This document shows positions 1 through 12,865 of a DNA stretch of 64,000 bases, in pieces (the first letter of the stretch is position 1; each line of letters begins with the position of its first letter). Both the position numbers and the translations under genes were made by a program. This stretch comes from Vicugna vicugna (lineage: Eukaryota): contig MU059293.1 of the NCBI GenBank assembly GCA_013265495.1, positions 496,001 to 560,000 of the forward strand. Direction: 5' to 3'. The notes under the pieces are model-generated. The model was given only the letters and a program-made list of their open reading frames with translations, had not been told where the DNA came from and ran no database searches.

Positions 1-479
1 GTTTCTGTGGCCACCCTATTTTACTGAGCTGACCTATAAATCACTGCAAAATTTTGATCAGAATTTCACTGAACCAGGGATCAAAGAAATGCAAAAGTAA
101 TTCTCATTATAGGCTTTAAGTATATGCTGCTTCTTCGATCCATGGGAGCAATTTCTCTAATTCTTGGGTTGCCCTTTCTGAAATCAACACAGAAAGGACT
201 ATATCTTCTCAACCCCTTTCCCTTCACCCCCCGCTCCTTGTCCAAACCATCCCAACTCAGCGAGCATTCTCTGTTGTGCATTGCTAAGCCATGCTCCCTA
301 AGTGTTTGAGGTCTTGTGCTCCTTATGAGCCAGTAATCACAAAGGGGCCAGGCTGCTCGCCAGTGGATTCATTCTTTAAGCCTTTACCGATTCTGTACTC
401 TATGTCACAGACCGTGCCATTTGTGGACTCCCAGAAAACCATGAGGAGACTCTAAAAGGCTATGAACAGAGGAGTGTTG

Positions 480-960
480 TGTTCTCCCTCTGCCAAGCTT
501 CCCTTCCCCCTTCTTTTGGAAACAGCACCTTGGTTTTCCTTTGGGAAACTACCCCGCCCTCAGCTCCATCTGTGTGGTCCACATGAGGCCGATGCCACCC
601 TCCAGCTCTAGAGGTTGGCTCTGAACTTGGATCAGACCAACCGGAGTTTTGATGACTGGTTTAGGAAAAACTATGGACCCAAGCTGAGGATGTGAGAGTT
701 TCCCACAAGTTTGGCTAGGACCACCAGAAGAGAGGAGCCCCTTCTCCCTGCTGGGCTCCCTTGGCTGGTAGAATGTCAGCCTGCCACCACGGAGGGGGAG
801 CCTCCCTAAGAATGCGACACACTGGAAGGCAGAGCTGGGAGACGGAGAAAGACAGCTTCCCATCGTTTAAGCCCTGGGTCCAGCTGCTTTCGCAGTGGGA
901 CCCATGACTAGGTCCTACCTGTTGTTTTGCCCATGACGACAATTTGAGTGGGCACTGTAT
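480..960 (+). mobile_element. MaLR solo LTR, MLT1J/K-like
   Basis: CTTCTTTTGGAAACAGCACCTTGGTTTTCC...GATGACTGGTTTAGG...GTTTAAGCCCTGGG follows the recalled MLT1J/K consensus order. Confidence 0.7.
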
Positions 961-1489
961 CATTTATAACGTGGACTCCAGAGTAAAACCTCCACACATC
1001 TGAGACCTCGACACTCTCTGGGAACCTGCAGCCCCCATGGAGGCCACAAGCTACTAAGAAGATACGACCATGAGCTCGAGCTGTAGATCCCAGAGGACTA
1101 CACAGAGTACTCTTTCCTTTCCTTTGGGTCCAGGGAACATGATGATATGCATCTGAAATTTGGGGATTCCAGGAGGAGACTTGGGACCGGCAATAAGGGT
1201 GTTACCAGCTGTGTGCGCCACCAGCGATTAAATATGTTAAAATCCTGTGAGGACTCGGTTTTACCTTAGGAAAAACTCATTCTAAATGATTTGAGGGCTT
1301 TTCACTTTTAAACAAGTTACTGTTAAAAATATTTTTTTGATGACATAGTTGAAGATGTCAAAGTAAAGAACCAATTACATATATATATTTTTTAAGCACA
1401 CTTTAAAATCTAACGTGATGCTCAGCCATGAAAAAGTGAGTCACCATATTCAGCACTAATGAGACACTTAGTGGCAAAGCCCTCATTCA

Positions 1490-1835
1490 AGTACCTTGCC
1501 CAGCTTGGGCTTCTGCATTTTGAGAGGATGTGGAAAGCAATTGAAATGATTAAAAGCATGGAAAATCAGATCTCTGAAGAACGATGAAAGTGGGCTATTT
1601 AACCTAAAGAAAAGAAGATTGAAGGGAGAAAATAAATGGTATTGAAGTAGAGAAGGAGTTCTTTAAAAAAAAAAAAGTGACAGATGTTTTCTTCTTCCAC
1701 TGAGTATATTAAAATTGCCTTAGACATTTTATTTGCACAAAAGAAGGATTTTTCAAGCAGATAGGATTCCTGAACAGGCTGAGAGGTTGGACTAGATGAA
1801 CTTCTATATTTCTCTTCACTAAGATTCTGTGATTC
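1490..1835 (+). mobile_element. CR1/L3 LINE 3' fragment
   Basis: Ends in GGTTGGACTAGATGAAC...AAGATTCTGTGATTC, the typical CR1/L3 (MIR3-shared) 3' tail. Confidence 0.6.
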
Positions 1836-4234
1836 CTAGAGGAAGGATTTGCTTATCCAAAAAATTGTGAAACCAGTTGGTGCCGATCTTCAAAGGTAAC
1901 ATAATCAACACTGGCTGGTTTGGTGTAGGTGTAGTTCTGCCCAGGAGTCGCTTCTAATGCTTATAACACGTCTATAAAGAAGAAACTGTTGTACATGGAC
2001 AAACAGCACATCAGGGAGAAAAAAAAACAAGCCAGTGGTCAAGTAATGATAAAACTGAGAGTTTCTCTTTTCTACTCGTTCATTTTCACTGTTAGAAAAC
2101 AAATGATCATTCATTTCTGCAATAACGATATAAATGAGACAAATCATGGGATCGCTTAGCACTGGTGCCAGTATTTTTGGAGGGATGGAATTAAGTATAA
2201 CAGGTTCCATATTGAGTCAGGAGCATTTAACGTTGGCTCTGGTAGGTCTCTGGCTTATTTCCTACTGGAACTTTTCTAGTCTAATTTGAGATCCAGAGAC
2301 TTTCAAACCAAGACTCAGGCAAATGGATTTTACTTAGGGAAACAGTTCTGGTTTTATATATGGAAAAGCTATTCTAAAGAACAATAACCCTGGCAGTATT
2401 ACTGCTTCGATGACTATAGACTTATTTTAAAAGTTAAGATTAAAAAAAAAAGTAAAGGCCATATGTTGCTCTGCTTTCTTCTATGGTGTTTGGGTCATTG
2501 TATTAAGTTCTACTCTGTGGCGACTTGGGAAGCTTCGTGCAAGTTTGAGCTCTTTCTGACTATACTCTTCATGCATCCACCTTATCTTCTACTTGACTCT
2601 ACTGTTGGTTCTGCAGTTTCTTTGGCCCCATTGCTTAGAGGCTACAGTCTTTGTACAGTACACACCAGCAGTCATTTCAGCTTCATGGAGCCCACATGGT
2701 CACTTAAAAGTCACTTATCCAGGAGGCTTTACAATCTTTAAGTGAATCTGTTAATAAGAAGAGGTTGGCTGATTTCACAGTTACTGTAAATACATCCAAA
2801 TGATAATTGTTAGCCCTATAGTTTTCAAGTTACAGAGAATAACTGGGAAGAGAGAAGAGCAAGGCTGCAAACCTGTTGTCCAAAGGATTGGGGGAAGAAT
2901 TTGCTGAAGACGGTGATTTTGATGGAAAGGGACCTCACAGCCCCCACTCACAATTCATTTCCCCATTGAATCACGCAGGAAGAATCAACTGAGAAACAAA
3001 ACCAGACGAGCAAACACACCAAACACCTCCAAACAACAGCAGTAATGAAACCTAGCTTCCAAAAGAAGTTCACATTATAGGCGACCTTTTACAAAGCTGA
3101 TTTCAAAACAAGAAGCTAGTTTCTAAGTTTATTTCCATGCTCTGCCCTCTGACCTCGGTCTCGTTGAAAGAGTCAAGGTATCAGATTCTCTCCCATCATC
3201 TCCTTTCAACAGAACTTACTATATTACCCCCCAGCCCCCTAAATATGGATGGCTAAAACAGCTGGCTCTTTCACTCTGGATATGCACACACAAACACACG
3301 TAGAATATACATCTCTGCATATATAAACACACACTTTAGTCATTTATTTGTTTAACAGAATAAAGGCCATTAATCAAAATACAATTCATTTTAGCAGTCA
3401 AGGCTTGACACGAGATCATTATTTCAAGAAAACCCAAAGAGACTAAGCGCCCTTTCATAGCATTGTTTTCTTTCTAAAGCTCCATAGGGTGCGTGGCTCT
3501 TCTCCACTGAGAAAGTCAGGGCAGCGCCGTGGAGCAGCCTCGTGGCCCAAGTGTTAAAAGATCTAAGTTCTCTCGGAGATGGTGCTTCTGCCACATACTC
3601 ACTCACCTCACAGAGGAGAAGACTGTGCGTCTGTTGTGTGTCTAACACTAGGCTGTCTCTAGTTAGCCCCAGGGCCAAGAAAACAGAAAATATTTCCTCC
3701 GGTTTCTCAGAGGTGCAGAGAAATAAAGCTAAATACCTTTAAAATTCCATTTGTAAAATTCCATTTCAGTTTAGTTTCATCTGCTCTTTTTCTTTAAACG
3801 TTTTGTAAGCTGTGAAGAAACATTTGCAGATCATCTCATCTAGGTGAAACCTGTCTTTAGAAAGCTTAAGAGAGTCCAGACTTCTTCTTCATTACATAGG
3901 AAGGAATGAAAAGGCTGGTGTCGATTTCTCCTTCCTACTGCCTAGGAAATAGGGGTGTAAAGTAACACAGTGACCAGGTCAGTGGCCAGGCAAATGAAAA
4001 AGAACCCAAGAGCCCTGTCCACAGCCTGCCCAGCCATATGAATAACTTGTTAGCTGCCTCCTGAACAGAATAACCTCACTCCTTCTGCTGTCGGATGCAG
4101 ACCCTGCTATGAAGCCTGCCCCTAGATGGGGTGGCCCCCTTGCCCAATCAGGGTCAACCAGTGGCTTCCAAACTAGCCTATAACCTGTGACCCTCTAGGC
4201 TTAAGAAATTGGGCATATTCATATTCTGTAACTA

Positions 4235-4845
4235 AGAAAATGACAAGCCAATAGAAAAATGGGCAAAGGCTACAAACACAATTTTTAGAAGAACGCTGAG
4301 TGTTTATTTCATAAGTCATTAAGGAAATAGAATTAATACAAAAATGAGATGCCAGTCTTACCCATCAGTTTGGCAAAGAACAAACCAAAAACCCCACCAA
4401 AACCAAGACCACAAATAAAACTAAAAACTCCTAAACGTTGGTGAGCATGTGAGGATAGGATACAGCTCCCATTGCTGATGGGAGAGTGAACTGGTATAGT
4501 CACTTTGAGGAACAATCTGGTAGCATCTAGTTACACATGAAAAGGCACACACACTGCAACCCAATAAATCCAATTCTAGATTTGTGCCTTAAAGATGATC
4601 TATGCTTCATGGATAAGATTATGTACCAAAAAAAGACTATACTTACTTTTAGAAGACTAGAAGGATGAATATCAAATTCTTGATGATGGGTGTCACCTGG
4701 AAAAAGAAAAGCGATTATGGTTCTTCAGCTTAATCTATTTTTTAATGTACAAGACAAAAAAGAAAAAAACTGAAGAAAATACAGGAACAATGTTATGTTT
4801 TTCTCTGTAAATTTCTGTATTTAAATTTTTTTCAAAGTTAAAAAA
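4235..4845 (+). mobile_element. Old L1M (L1ME-like) ORF2-end/3'UTR fragment
   Basis: CCAATAGAAAAATGGGCAAAGG, CCCATTGCTGATGGGAGAGTGAACTGGTATAGTCACTTTGAGGAACAATCTGG are degenerate L1 ORF2 C-terminal motifs; AT-rich tail. Confidence 0.75.
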
Positions 4846-5129
4846 GATAGCCATCCATGCATTGATTGGGCTAGTACAATCAGAATATTTTAGTCCTTCC
4901 ATAGTTTTTTCTGATTTGCGTCTTTCCAGTCCTGAAGCATGTCAACTTTCCTTTATGACACCAGCAGGTTTCATCACAACTAATTTATCTGCCTAGAGAT
5001 GGTTGTAAGCTCTGTGAAGGCAGTGCTGATAAGGCATGCCAACATGGGTTGTTGCAGAAGAGACCTAGAATCTTTTTCTTTTTTCCATAGCATTTTGTAG
5101 TGCTGAAAAATAGCCCCAAGGATCACCTA

Positions 5130-5220
5130 ATATGATTCTTTTATTTAAATGAGGAAATGGAGGCCTTGAGAGTCTGGTTCAAATTCACCAGCTAATTAAA
5201 GTAGAGTAGGGACCAGCATC
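5130..5220 (-). mobile_element. MIR fragment
   Basis: TTTAAATGAGGAAATGGAGGC MIR core. Confidence 0.55.
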
Positions 5221-5257
5221 TGTTGCTACTGATTTTCCAGTTAACAAAAGTTTGACA

Positions 5258-5425
5258 AGATTGTACTGTATAGCACAGGGAAACATGTACAAGATCTGGT
5301 GGTAGCTCACAGTGAAAGAGAATGTGACAATGAATATATGTATGTTCATGTATAGCTGAAAAATTGTGCTCTACACTGGAAATTGACACAACATTGTAAA
5401 CTGACTATAACTCAATAAAAAAAAC
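5258..5425 (+). mobile_element. 5'-truncated young camelid-type L1 3' end with TSD
   Basis: TACTGTATAGCACAGGGAA...GACACAACATTGTAAACTGACTATAACTCAATAAAAAAAA; 9-bp direct repeat AGTTTGACA at 5249-5257 and 5426-5434. Confidence 0.85.
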
Positions 5426-5619
5426 AGTTTGACATATGAGAATTAAGGAAAGCTTTATAGATCCTTTCTATGGAGCCTTCACAGTGGGCAAGCAGGTACC
5501 TACCGCGGGTTTGGTATTATGGAAATGGCCAGTAGGCCGGCAATACTTGAAGAGACTGGCAGGAGAAAGGGGAAAGCCTGTGTGGTCACTGCCGTCTATG
5601 AAGCAGTGTAGTGCAGAGG

Positions 5620-5840
5620 TCAAGGAAGTTACGGTTTCTGGGCTGTGTATCCTGGTTCTGTCACTTCCAGCTGTTTTAACTTCGGCTGTTAGTAGGTAAG
5701 CTCTCTGTGCCACTGTACATGTGAGCATAATAATAGAACTTAGTTCAGGGGCTGTACTGAGGGTTAAAGGAGTTAATAATGTAATATGTGAGAATGGTGT
5801 CCGACGTATGTGTTCAACAAATGTTAGCAATTATTATTAC
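5620..5840 (+). mobile_element. MIR
   Basis: ATCCTGGTTCTGTCACTTCCAGCTG...GAGGGTTAAAGGAG...CAACAAATGTTAGCAATTATTATT. Confidence 0.75.
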
Positions 5841-7299
5841 ATCATTTGTAGAACAAACGATTGAGGAAACTAAATGTTTAATTAAGGTTCTGCCATCTTT
5901 TGCCTTAAACCACATACCTAACTGTAAAAGCTGTCATTAGTATCTTCCTTTGTATATGACTTGGAGAAGTCTCAGTTTTGTAGTTAAGAAAGCAGAATTC
6001 AAAAAGGTAAGATCGTTTATTTGTCCAGAACGATGTCATGAAGGAGTGGCAGTGATTCTATTTTCTTTTCATTGTATTTCATTCAACACTTACTCTTCCT
6101 TTTTGGCTCTCAGGGGGCCACAGGTTGGGGGTCCTAAGCAACGAAGTAGGCCATAGGCCATAGAGGGTTCATTCCTTGAGGGGTCTTCCGTCCAATCCCC
6201 TGATTATCATGGTGCTGTCCGACCAATGAGCTGCAGATTCTTGAGGTTTCTCAAGAAGGAAAAACCCCCCAAATTCCAACAGTCACTTTCACAGAAGTGC
6301 CTTGAACTTTAAGGTAAGATGATGAGCGAGCTCTGCTCGCTGCCAAACTTGTATCTTATTATACAGAGGACGTTTCCAAGAGCTAAATCGGAAAATCAGA
6401 TTCTCTTTCTCTGTATCAGTTTATTGAAACTCCTGTTGTATGTTAATCCTGATGTGCCTTTCAGACCACCAGTCCACTCACTGATGGAGAGTTTGTTCCC
6501 AGGGTTTGCAAGAAAGCTAACCATATCTTCATTTGTTACAGGGTCTCTTAACCAGTGCCTTTTAACCAAATCATGTAGTTCTTAAAAGGTGCATTTTTAT
6601 CGAGTGGAATATTATAAAAGTTTTTATAGTTGTTGGAAAAAAATTTACAAATAGTAATCTTTCTCAACTATCTCAGGAAAGATCTACTCTGTAAACCTGA
6701 GATGAATTCCTTTGTCAAAGTTATAAGAGGGTGATTTCATTTGTAGTTTTACTTACTAATTTATTCCATAGTTTGGGTGTTAATCTTGCTGTCAGATGAA
6801 TACAATCAACTTTTGGACACAGTTTCTTCCTGTGCAGGGGAGAATTTCTATACCAAATTCCCACTTAATTGCCTCTTTTACACACACCCACATCTTATTT
6901 TCATTTGTGCTTGGCCTCGCCCATCACAACCTATAATTGCCTAGCTAAATAATGGGGTTTGTTTTTTTTTTTTTAAGATTTGATGCTTCCAGATACCAAA
7001 ATGATTTAGATTTAAAGCTGCAGGGTATAGTTGATTGTTATGTGAATCAAACCTGAAATACTTTGACTCCTTGAAACCTTAAACCCCTTCATGACAGATG
7101 ACTGAATTTGACTGCAGTTTGTTCAGCGTAGAAGTATGTGCTAAGATGAGTCATGTACAACATGCAGCTTTGTGGCAGTGGTATGCATGCTTGCGTCCTA
7201 TGGTTAGTCCTTCCCTTTTTGCCATTGTTATCTTAGTCTGGAATATCCTTTTTCTTTTGATGCCCAGCTTTCTGCTATGTACTGGTTGCCATTCCATGA

Positions 7300-7470
7300 A
7301 CCATAGTTCTCAGGTTGAGCTTTTTAAAATTTCACCTGCCTGGGTTCTATCCCAGACCGGCTAAATCAGACCTGCTGGCGGTGGTGGGGAGGGGAGAGGA
7401 CAGGGGCATTTGGGTTTTTAAAAACCTCTTTTGGACATTCTGATGCTTGACCCAAGTTGAGAATCCCTGT
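7300..7470. mobile_element. MER5-like hAT-Charlie fragment
   Basis: TTTTAAAATTTCACCTGCCTGGG...AAATCAGA...ATTCTGATGC...CCAAGTTGAGAATCCCTG. Confidence 0.55.
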
Positions 7471-7519
7471 CTTGTTGCCTAGGTTAGAAATCTTTTGTTT
7501 ATAAATAATTGAAACCCAC

Positions 7520-7970
7520 ACAAACTGTCATAACAAAAAAGAGAAACTTAACCACAAGAAAGCAGGAAAATCTTGCAGAACCCAAGGGCATGAGATTTGT
7601 CTGGGCTTCTTAAGAGATCAGAGTGTGGAACTAAAGCACTGACAAGGACCCAAGGAAGCTAGTCCCTGTTCCCCAGGTGCATCCTTCTGTTTACCTAGCT
7701 CACTGAAGAACCTTTTAGACTCACAGCCCTGCTTCTCTGTTTCTCTGCTTCTTCCTTTCTCTCTCAGCAATGTAAGCACGTGTCTGAACATGGCAGCCTC
7801 CTCAGTACCCAGGTTTCCATGTCCTCAGTTCAGCTGACCAGTCCAAGCTGACTGGCATCTCTCAGTCTAAATGAGAAGATCAGATTGGTCTAGCGCAATG
7901 TGTGATGTGTCTCCCCTTACGCCGATCAGATAATGTGGCTCAGACATGGCTGCCAAGGGGCCACCCCATG
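7520..7970 (-). mobile_element. MLT1-like LTR
   Basis: AACATGGCAGCC...GATCAGATTGGTCTAGC resemble reverse-complement MLT1J/K/L. Confidence 0.5.
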
Positions 7971-8084
7971 TGAGTTCAGCTGAAGGCTTTTCAGATATCT
8001 CAAAATATTTCTCTAGACTTGCCGTATTTTTACTCTCCATCCTACCTCAGGGTCTCTACCAAATAGCTTTATTTTTTATTTCAG

Positions 8085-8200
8085 CTTTACTATCAGTATT
8101 TTCACATATAAGGAAGTTGAGACACAACAATTTCCACGTATTGAAGTGATTTAACTTTGCAGATGCCACTAAGGCAAACATTGAATGTGCTGTCCTCTGT
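8085..8200 (-). mobile_element. MIR fragment
   Basis: ATTTTCACATATAAGGAAGTTGAGACACA core. Confidence 0.5.
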
Positions 8201-9464
8201 TCCTCACTCTCCATCTTATGAATATGCATCAGTTTAAATGTTGAGAAAATTAGAGTCTTGGGAAATCTGCTATTCCCAAGTAGTAAAGGTTGAAAAGTAG
8301 TAGAGTAAGATAACAACCGAATGGCCCAGTCATTTTCTATAATATATATAATTTTCATCATGAAAGTAAAGAATGTTTAAAGCCAATTGGGGTAGTTTAT
8401 CACAGACAGTGCTAGGCTATGGCCTTATAATAATTTGTTATGGAAGAGGCTCCTACTTCTTCTTTGTCTACACAAGGGTTAAAAAAAAGAGGAAATGCTT
8501 TTAGGAGGAATATAATATAGTGCCTGGCACAGAGTTGGTATTCAGTAGTATTTTGCCAATAGTATTTACTTAGAAATATGTATTAGAAATAACTTCCAGG
8601 TAGTATTGAAACAGTGGAATGAGCTACCAAGGAAAATGGGTAAGCTTTTATTCTTTCCTCTTTTTATCATCTTACCACCGTCTTACATACATGGGATAGC
8701 CAAAGATGCCCATGATACTTAGCTCTCTAAGAGAACAGAATTCAGTAAGGGAAGTAAAATACAAAAGCAGTAGGGAACATTCCTACCTTTGATGTCTTGA
8801 GCATCTCCTCATGCTCTCACATGTCCCATTTTATTTTTACAAGATAAGAACAAAGAAATAGGGTTCACTGTCTCTTTTACTGCTGGGTAAACAGAGGGTC
8901 AGCCATTCCTACAATTAAAAGTTCTAATTTTGCTGATATCTTCACCTTCAAGGAGGGTGGGAAGCAACGATTTCCACATATCATGGTGACTTAATCATAC
9001 AGGTGACACTAAGATGAGCTAAGCAGGTAGATTGTTAAGACGGAGCACAATATTAATGACTCAATTAGAACTGAAAATGAATTTGGTCTCTTTAAAGGTC
9101 AACAAGAACCAAGGTGACTGTATTTCAGCAAATTGTAGTGCAAGAAAATTCACAATGGATCAAATAAATCATAGAAACTTGTATTCGTGAAGGTTGAGCA
9201 ATTAGTGTGATATAACAGGAAAAATGAAAACTGAAACTGATAGTTGATAAATGTTACTGTGTCAGGGTAGCTTCATCAGAGGACACTGTGTTGTAGGGTA
9301 ACTGGCAATTCCTGGAACATATCCGACAGCATTAAAGCAGTAAGTGTCTTCACAAAGCTTTGCAGAAGTCTCAACCTTAACATCTTCAGTCCAAGGCACA
9401 ATAAAAACTATCTACAAGTAAAGTTTCCAAGTAATTTGTAAGCTTACGATAAATACTGTGTTAC

Positions 9465-9900
9465 CAGCAGTTCTTAGTTGTAAGTAGCAGATCCAGTGGA
9501 ATCTATTGGGCAATGGAATTGGGAAATCTAAGGGGTGGGTCTACCTAGGTTTCCAATGATGTCATCATTGTTTCTAGTGATATTTCCTTCTCTCTGTTCT
9601 GCCTTTCTTCTGATGGGTTTGTTCTCAGCAGTTTTGTCACGTGATGACCAAGCAGCTTCCCTGGCCGTTATCACTCAGGATCTCAAAGGGCATTAGGTCC
9701 TTTTTCTTTCTGCCTTTAAGTCAACACCCTCCAAAAGAATCCAGTTGGCCCACTAGATCACTTGCCTCCCCCAGGTGTCATGAAGGCAAGGGCCCTAGAG
9801 GTGGGGCTGGACAGTTTGCTGAAGGAAGAGAAGAAGGTATCTGTTACCAGAAAAGGGGGAGGGTGTTGAGTAGGCAGAAAGAACAGATGTCCACCCATAC
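9465..9900 (-). mobile_element. MLT1-like LTR
   Basis: CTCTGTTCTGCCTTTCTTCTGATGGG...AAAGAATCCAGTTGGCCCACTAGATCACTTGCC...GTAGGCAGAAAGAACAGATGTCCAC. Confidence 0.6.
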
Positions 9901-10189
9901 ATTGCACAATTGCATGCCAGGCACTTTCACATCCTTGGCAAAAAAAAAAAAAAAAGGAAAAAAAAGCCTTCACTAATGAAAAATAACTGACAGCTTGAAA
10001 TATTATAAGTAGAGAAAGAAAAAAAATTGAAGTGTTTTTTAATATTCTCTCTAGTCTCTCAAGGTTACAATTAGTTATTACTGACTCTTTGCTTCTAAGT
10101 ATTTTGCTTAGCTGTCTGCTCTGTCGCTTGGTTATCTTCTACAGAGCTACCTTCCTGAAATAGGGTGTGGACATTTGAAGAAAGAACTT

Positions 10190-10265
10190 TGTCTTTTATC
10201 TCTTTATCTCCAATGCCTAGTTCAGTGCCTGGGACACAGAAGCCACTTGATGCTCACTGAATGGA
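10190..10265 (+). mobile_element. L2 3' terminal fragment
   Basis: TCTTTATCTCCAATGCCTAGTTCAGTGCCTGGGACACAG...TGAATG. Confidence 0.65.
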
Positions 10266-10426
10266 GCTGGAGTCTAGCCCATGTACTGCTTATATTAGGA
10301 AAATAGGAATAATAAAAACATTTGCTACACTAGGGCATTGGGGAAAAGTTCTTATTCTCCATGAAGGAGAGTTTTCCTTGAGCCACACTCTTGGCCTCTC
10401 CCTTTTTCCTCATCACTCCTCCCCAG

Positions 10427-10452
10427 GGCAAATGGAATGGCTCATCCCATTG
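10427..10452 (+). other. Candidate 26-nt exon (unverified)
   Basis: CTCCCTTTTTCCTCATCACTCCTCCCCAG acceptor and TG|GTGAGT donor. Confidence 0.25.
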
Positions 10453-10879
10453 GTGAGTCTGGGATAAGGAAGGAGTCACATTCAGGTGTGGGCCACCCAT
10501 GGCCACAGAGGCATGGGGGCCACTGCCTGATCCAACTTGGGGGAAGCTCACAGTTGTTGTGCACCCAAACCGAGTGTTTCACCTCCTCTGTTTCTTTTGA
10601 TGGGCTCAGAATTCAGGTGTGGGAAAAGTATAATTTAATGGTTCCCTCAAATCTCACAAAAGAGTTTAGAAAGATCCTATGTTTGTCTTTAGATATGTGC
10701 AAAAAAAAGGGTTAAAAAATAAATATCTTAGTATTTTACATATTAAATACTTGTATCCTCTCTGTTTCCAAAACAAGGTGGCTTTATCTTTGATACAGTA
10801 ATCTAATCCACGACATTCAAAAGCCACAGGACAGAAAAGGAATTTTCCAAGACACCCTGAAGCACAACTTCATTTGATA

Positions 10880-11820
10880 TGATTTCCTAGCCTAGATTAT
10901 AATCAGGAAGACACTGATTCCTTTGTTGTTATTTCTAAGCAAAAAAGGTCCTATTCCTCCTCCTCTATTCCTTCTATTGGTGAAGAGCTCTACCAGCTTT
11001 ACCATCACCAAACCAACCACCTGGAATTTACCATTACCAGACCAAAAACCTGGAATCAACTTAGATTTCCTTTCCTCTCTGCTGCCCCTTTCCTGGAACA
11101 TCCACCCAGTCATCAAGCTTTCCCCCTTTATATCTTTCTTATCTAGCCCTCCATCCCATATCTAAACTCACTCCTTGAATTTTCTCTCCTGGACCAGCAT
11201 TCCGCCTCTTTTTCCATACTGAGGCCAAAGCATTCCTTCTAACGCAGTGTGATTGTATTACTGCTGTGTCTGAAATCCCTCAGCATGTCTTTACTGCCTC
11301 TAGGATTTATTCCAAACTCCTTAGCATACATACAGGGACCTCAAGGATCTGGCAGCTGCCATATCTCTCTGAATGGCTTCTCTCTTGGCCTAATTTCTCC
11401 ATCACCCCTCCTCCCCCACAGCACATACACTAGAGCCATTGTGGAGTACTCAGAGTACCTCTTATGGGCTAGGCTCTTTCACATTTGGGGGTTGCTTTTG
11501 CTCCTCTTCTGCCTGTAATTTACCCCTTCCAGCCTCCCCCTGCCTCCAAACCAGCTCAGCTTTCAAGACTCAACCAAAGAGCCACTTCCTCTATGAAGTC
11601 TTTTTGACAACTCACCCTCAGGATAAATCAAGCACTCTCTTCCATGTCTCCCCTTCTGTGTCTTGTAGTCGTCAACACTTTTTTTTTCTTTCCATAAATT
11701 GTCTGCAAGAGTTTGCCTCCCATAGACTGAAAAGATCCTGGGGACTAAACCCAAGTCATGATCCTTCTGCTGTCTGACACTTGAGCAGTGTTCCGTAAAT
11801 GTTTGTTGACTAAATGCATG
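10880..11820 (+). mobile_element. LINE-2 3' fragment
   Basis: AAAAACCTGGAATCAACTTAGATTTCC...CCAAACTCCTTAGCAT...TCCGTAAATGTTTGTTGACTAAATGCATG. Confidence 0.8.
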
Positions 11821-12865
11821 TTTATATGCATGAAAGAATAGACGCTCAGGAATTTTTATTAGCAGTATTCCTTTACTTCCTGAAACTTTGAGACTATAGA
11901 ATTAGCTGCTCCCACAAAATGGTTGTGGCGGTTGGTGGGGGGAGGGTTGCTGTATTGGAAAGATTTGGCTTTAAGAAGCAGGCTTGTGAAAGGCAGCAGG
12001 CTCTGCCTACAGTAATTTCAGCTACTGATGTTAGCAGCCTTTGTTCCTTGTAGGGTTCAGAGGGCTGCTGGCCACTTTTGGTCTTTATCTTACAAACACC
12101 CACGCAAAGAAAGATTGCATGGGAATCCAAGCAGAGGATATCTGTGTGGATTGAGAGAGGACTTTAAAGCTTTAGAGAGCCTCATCTTTCTGGAGTAGTT
12201 TAAATATGCATCTCCCCAGAGCAGGGATGGAATAAATGAATTGGCTCAATATTCTGTCCAGGCTCTGAAAACCAACAGCAGGGCAAGAGAGAAATGAAGA
12301 AGCAAAAGCTGCTGGGAGAGTCAGCAAGGATTTACTAAGTGATCATTGCATGCCCTGTGCTGTGGGAGGGCATAGACAAAAGTAAAAAGAACATTCCTCA
12401 AAGGGTTTACAGTCCAAAGTTATTAATGTCACTAACACGAATATACCTCTGTGAGAGGTTCTGATAGGAAATGTAGGCTTCTTTTATTTTTTAACAGTAT
12501 AAAAATATGCAACACCTTGCAAAGCACAGACTGTTTTCTTACAGTTAGTAGTGGTTGGGAAGTGTAGAGTCCAAGATACGCTCATGTTCTAAATCAGAGG
12601 TTGCAAGCTGGTGCCCACTGGGCCAGAGTCATACAATATTTTCTAACTCAAGAAATTTTTAATAAAAATGAATTTCTTACTTGTGGTTTCTTGGGGGGAA
12701 AACTGTACAAAGGGTTTCAACTTTGCATAAGTGGATTCTTGTAGAAACACAAAGAATATTTAGCTTACTTGTGAGTTCCTAGGCCTAATGCATAGGTTTG
12801 TTCAAAAACAAACCGCCCCTAAAAGCAATTGGTGATTAATATTGCCTTTGTTTCATAGCTCAGAT

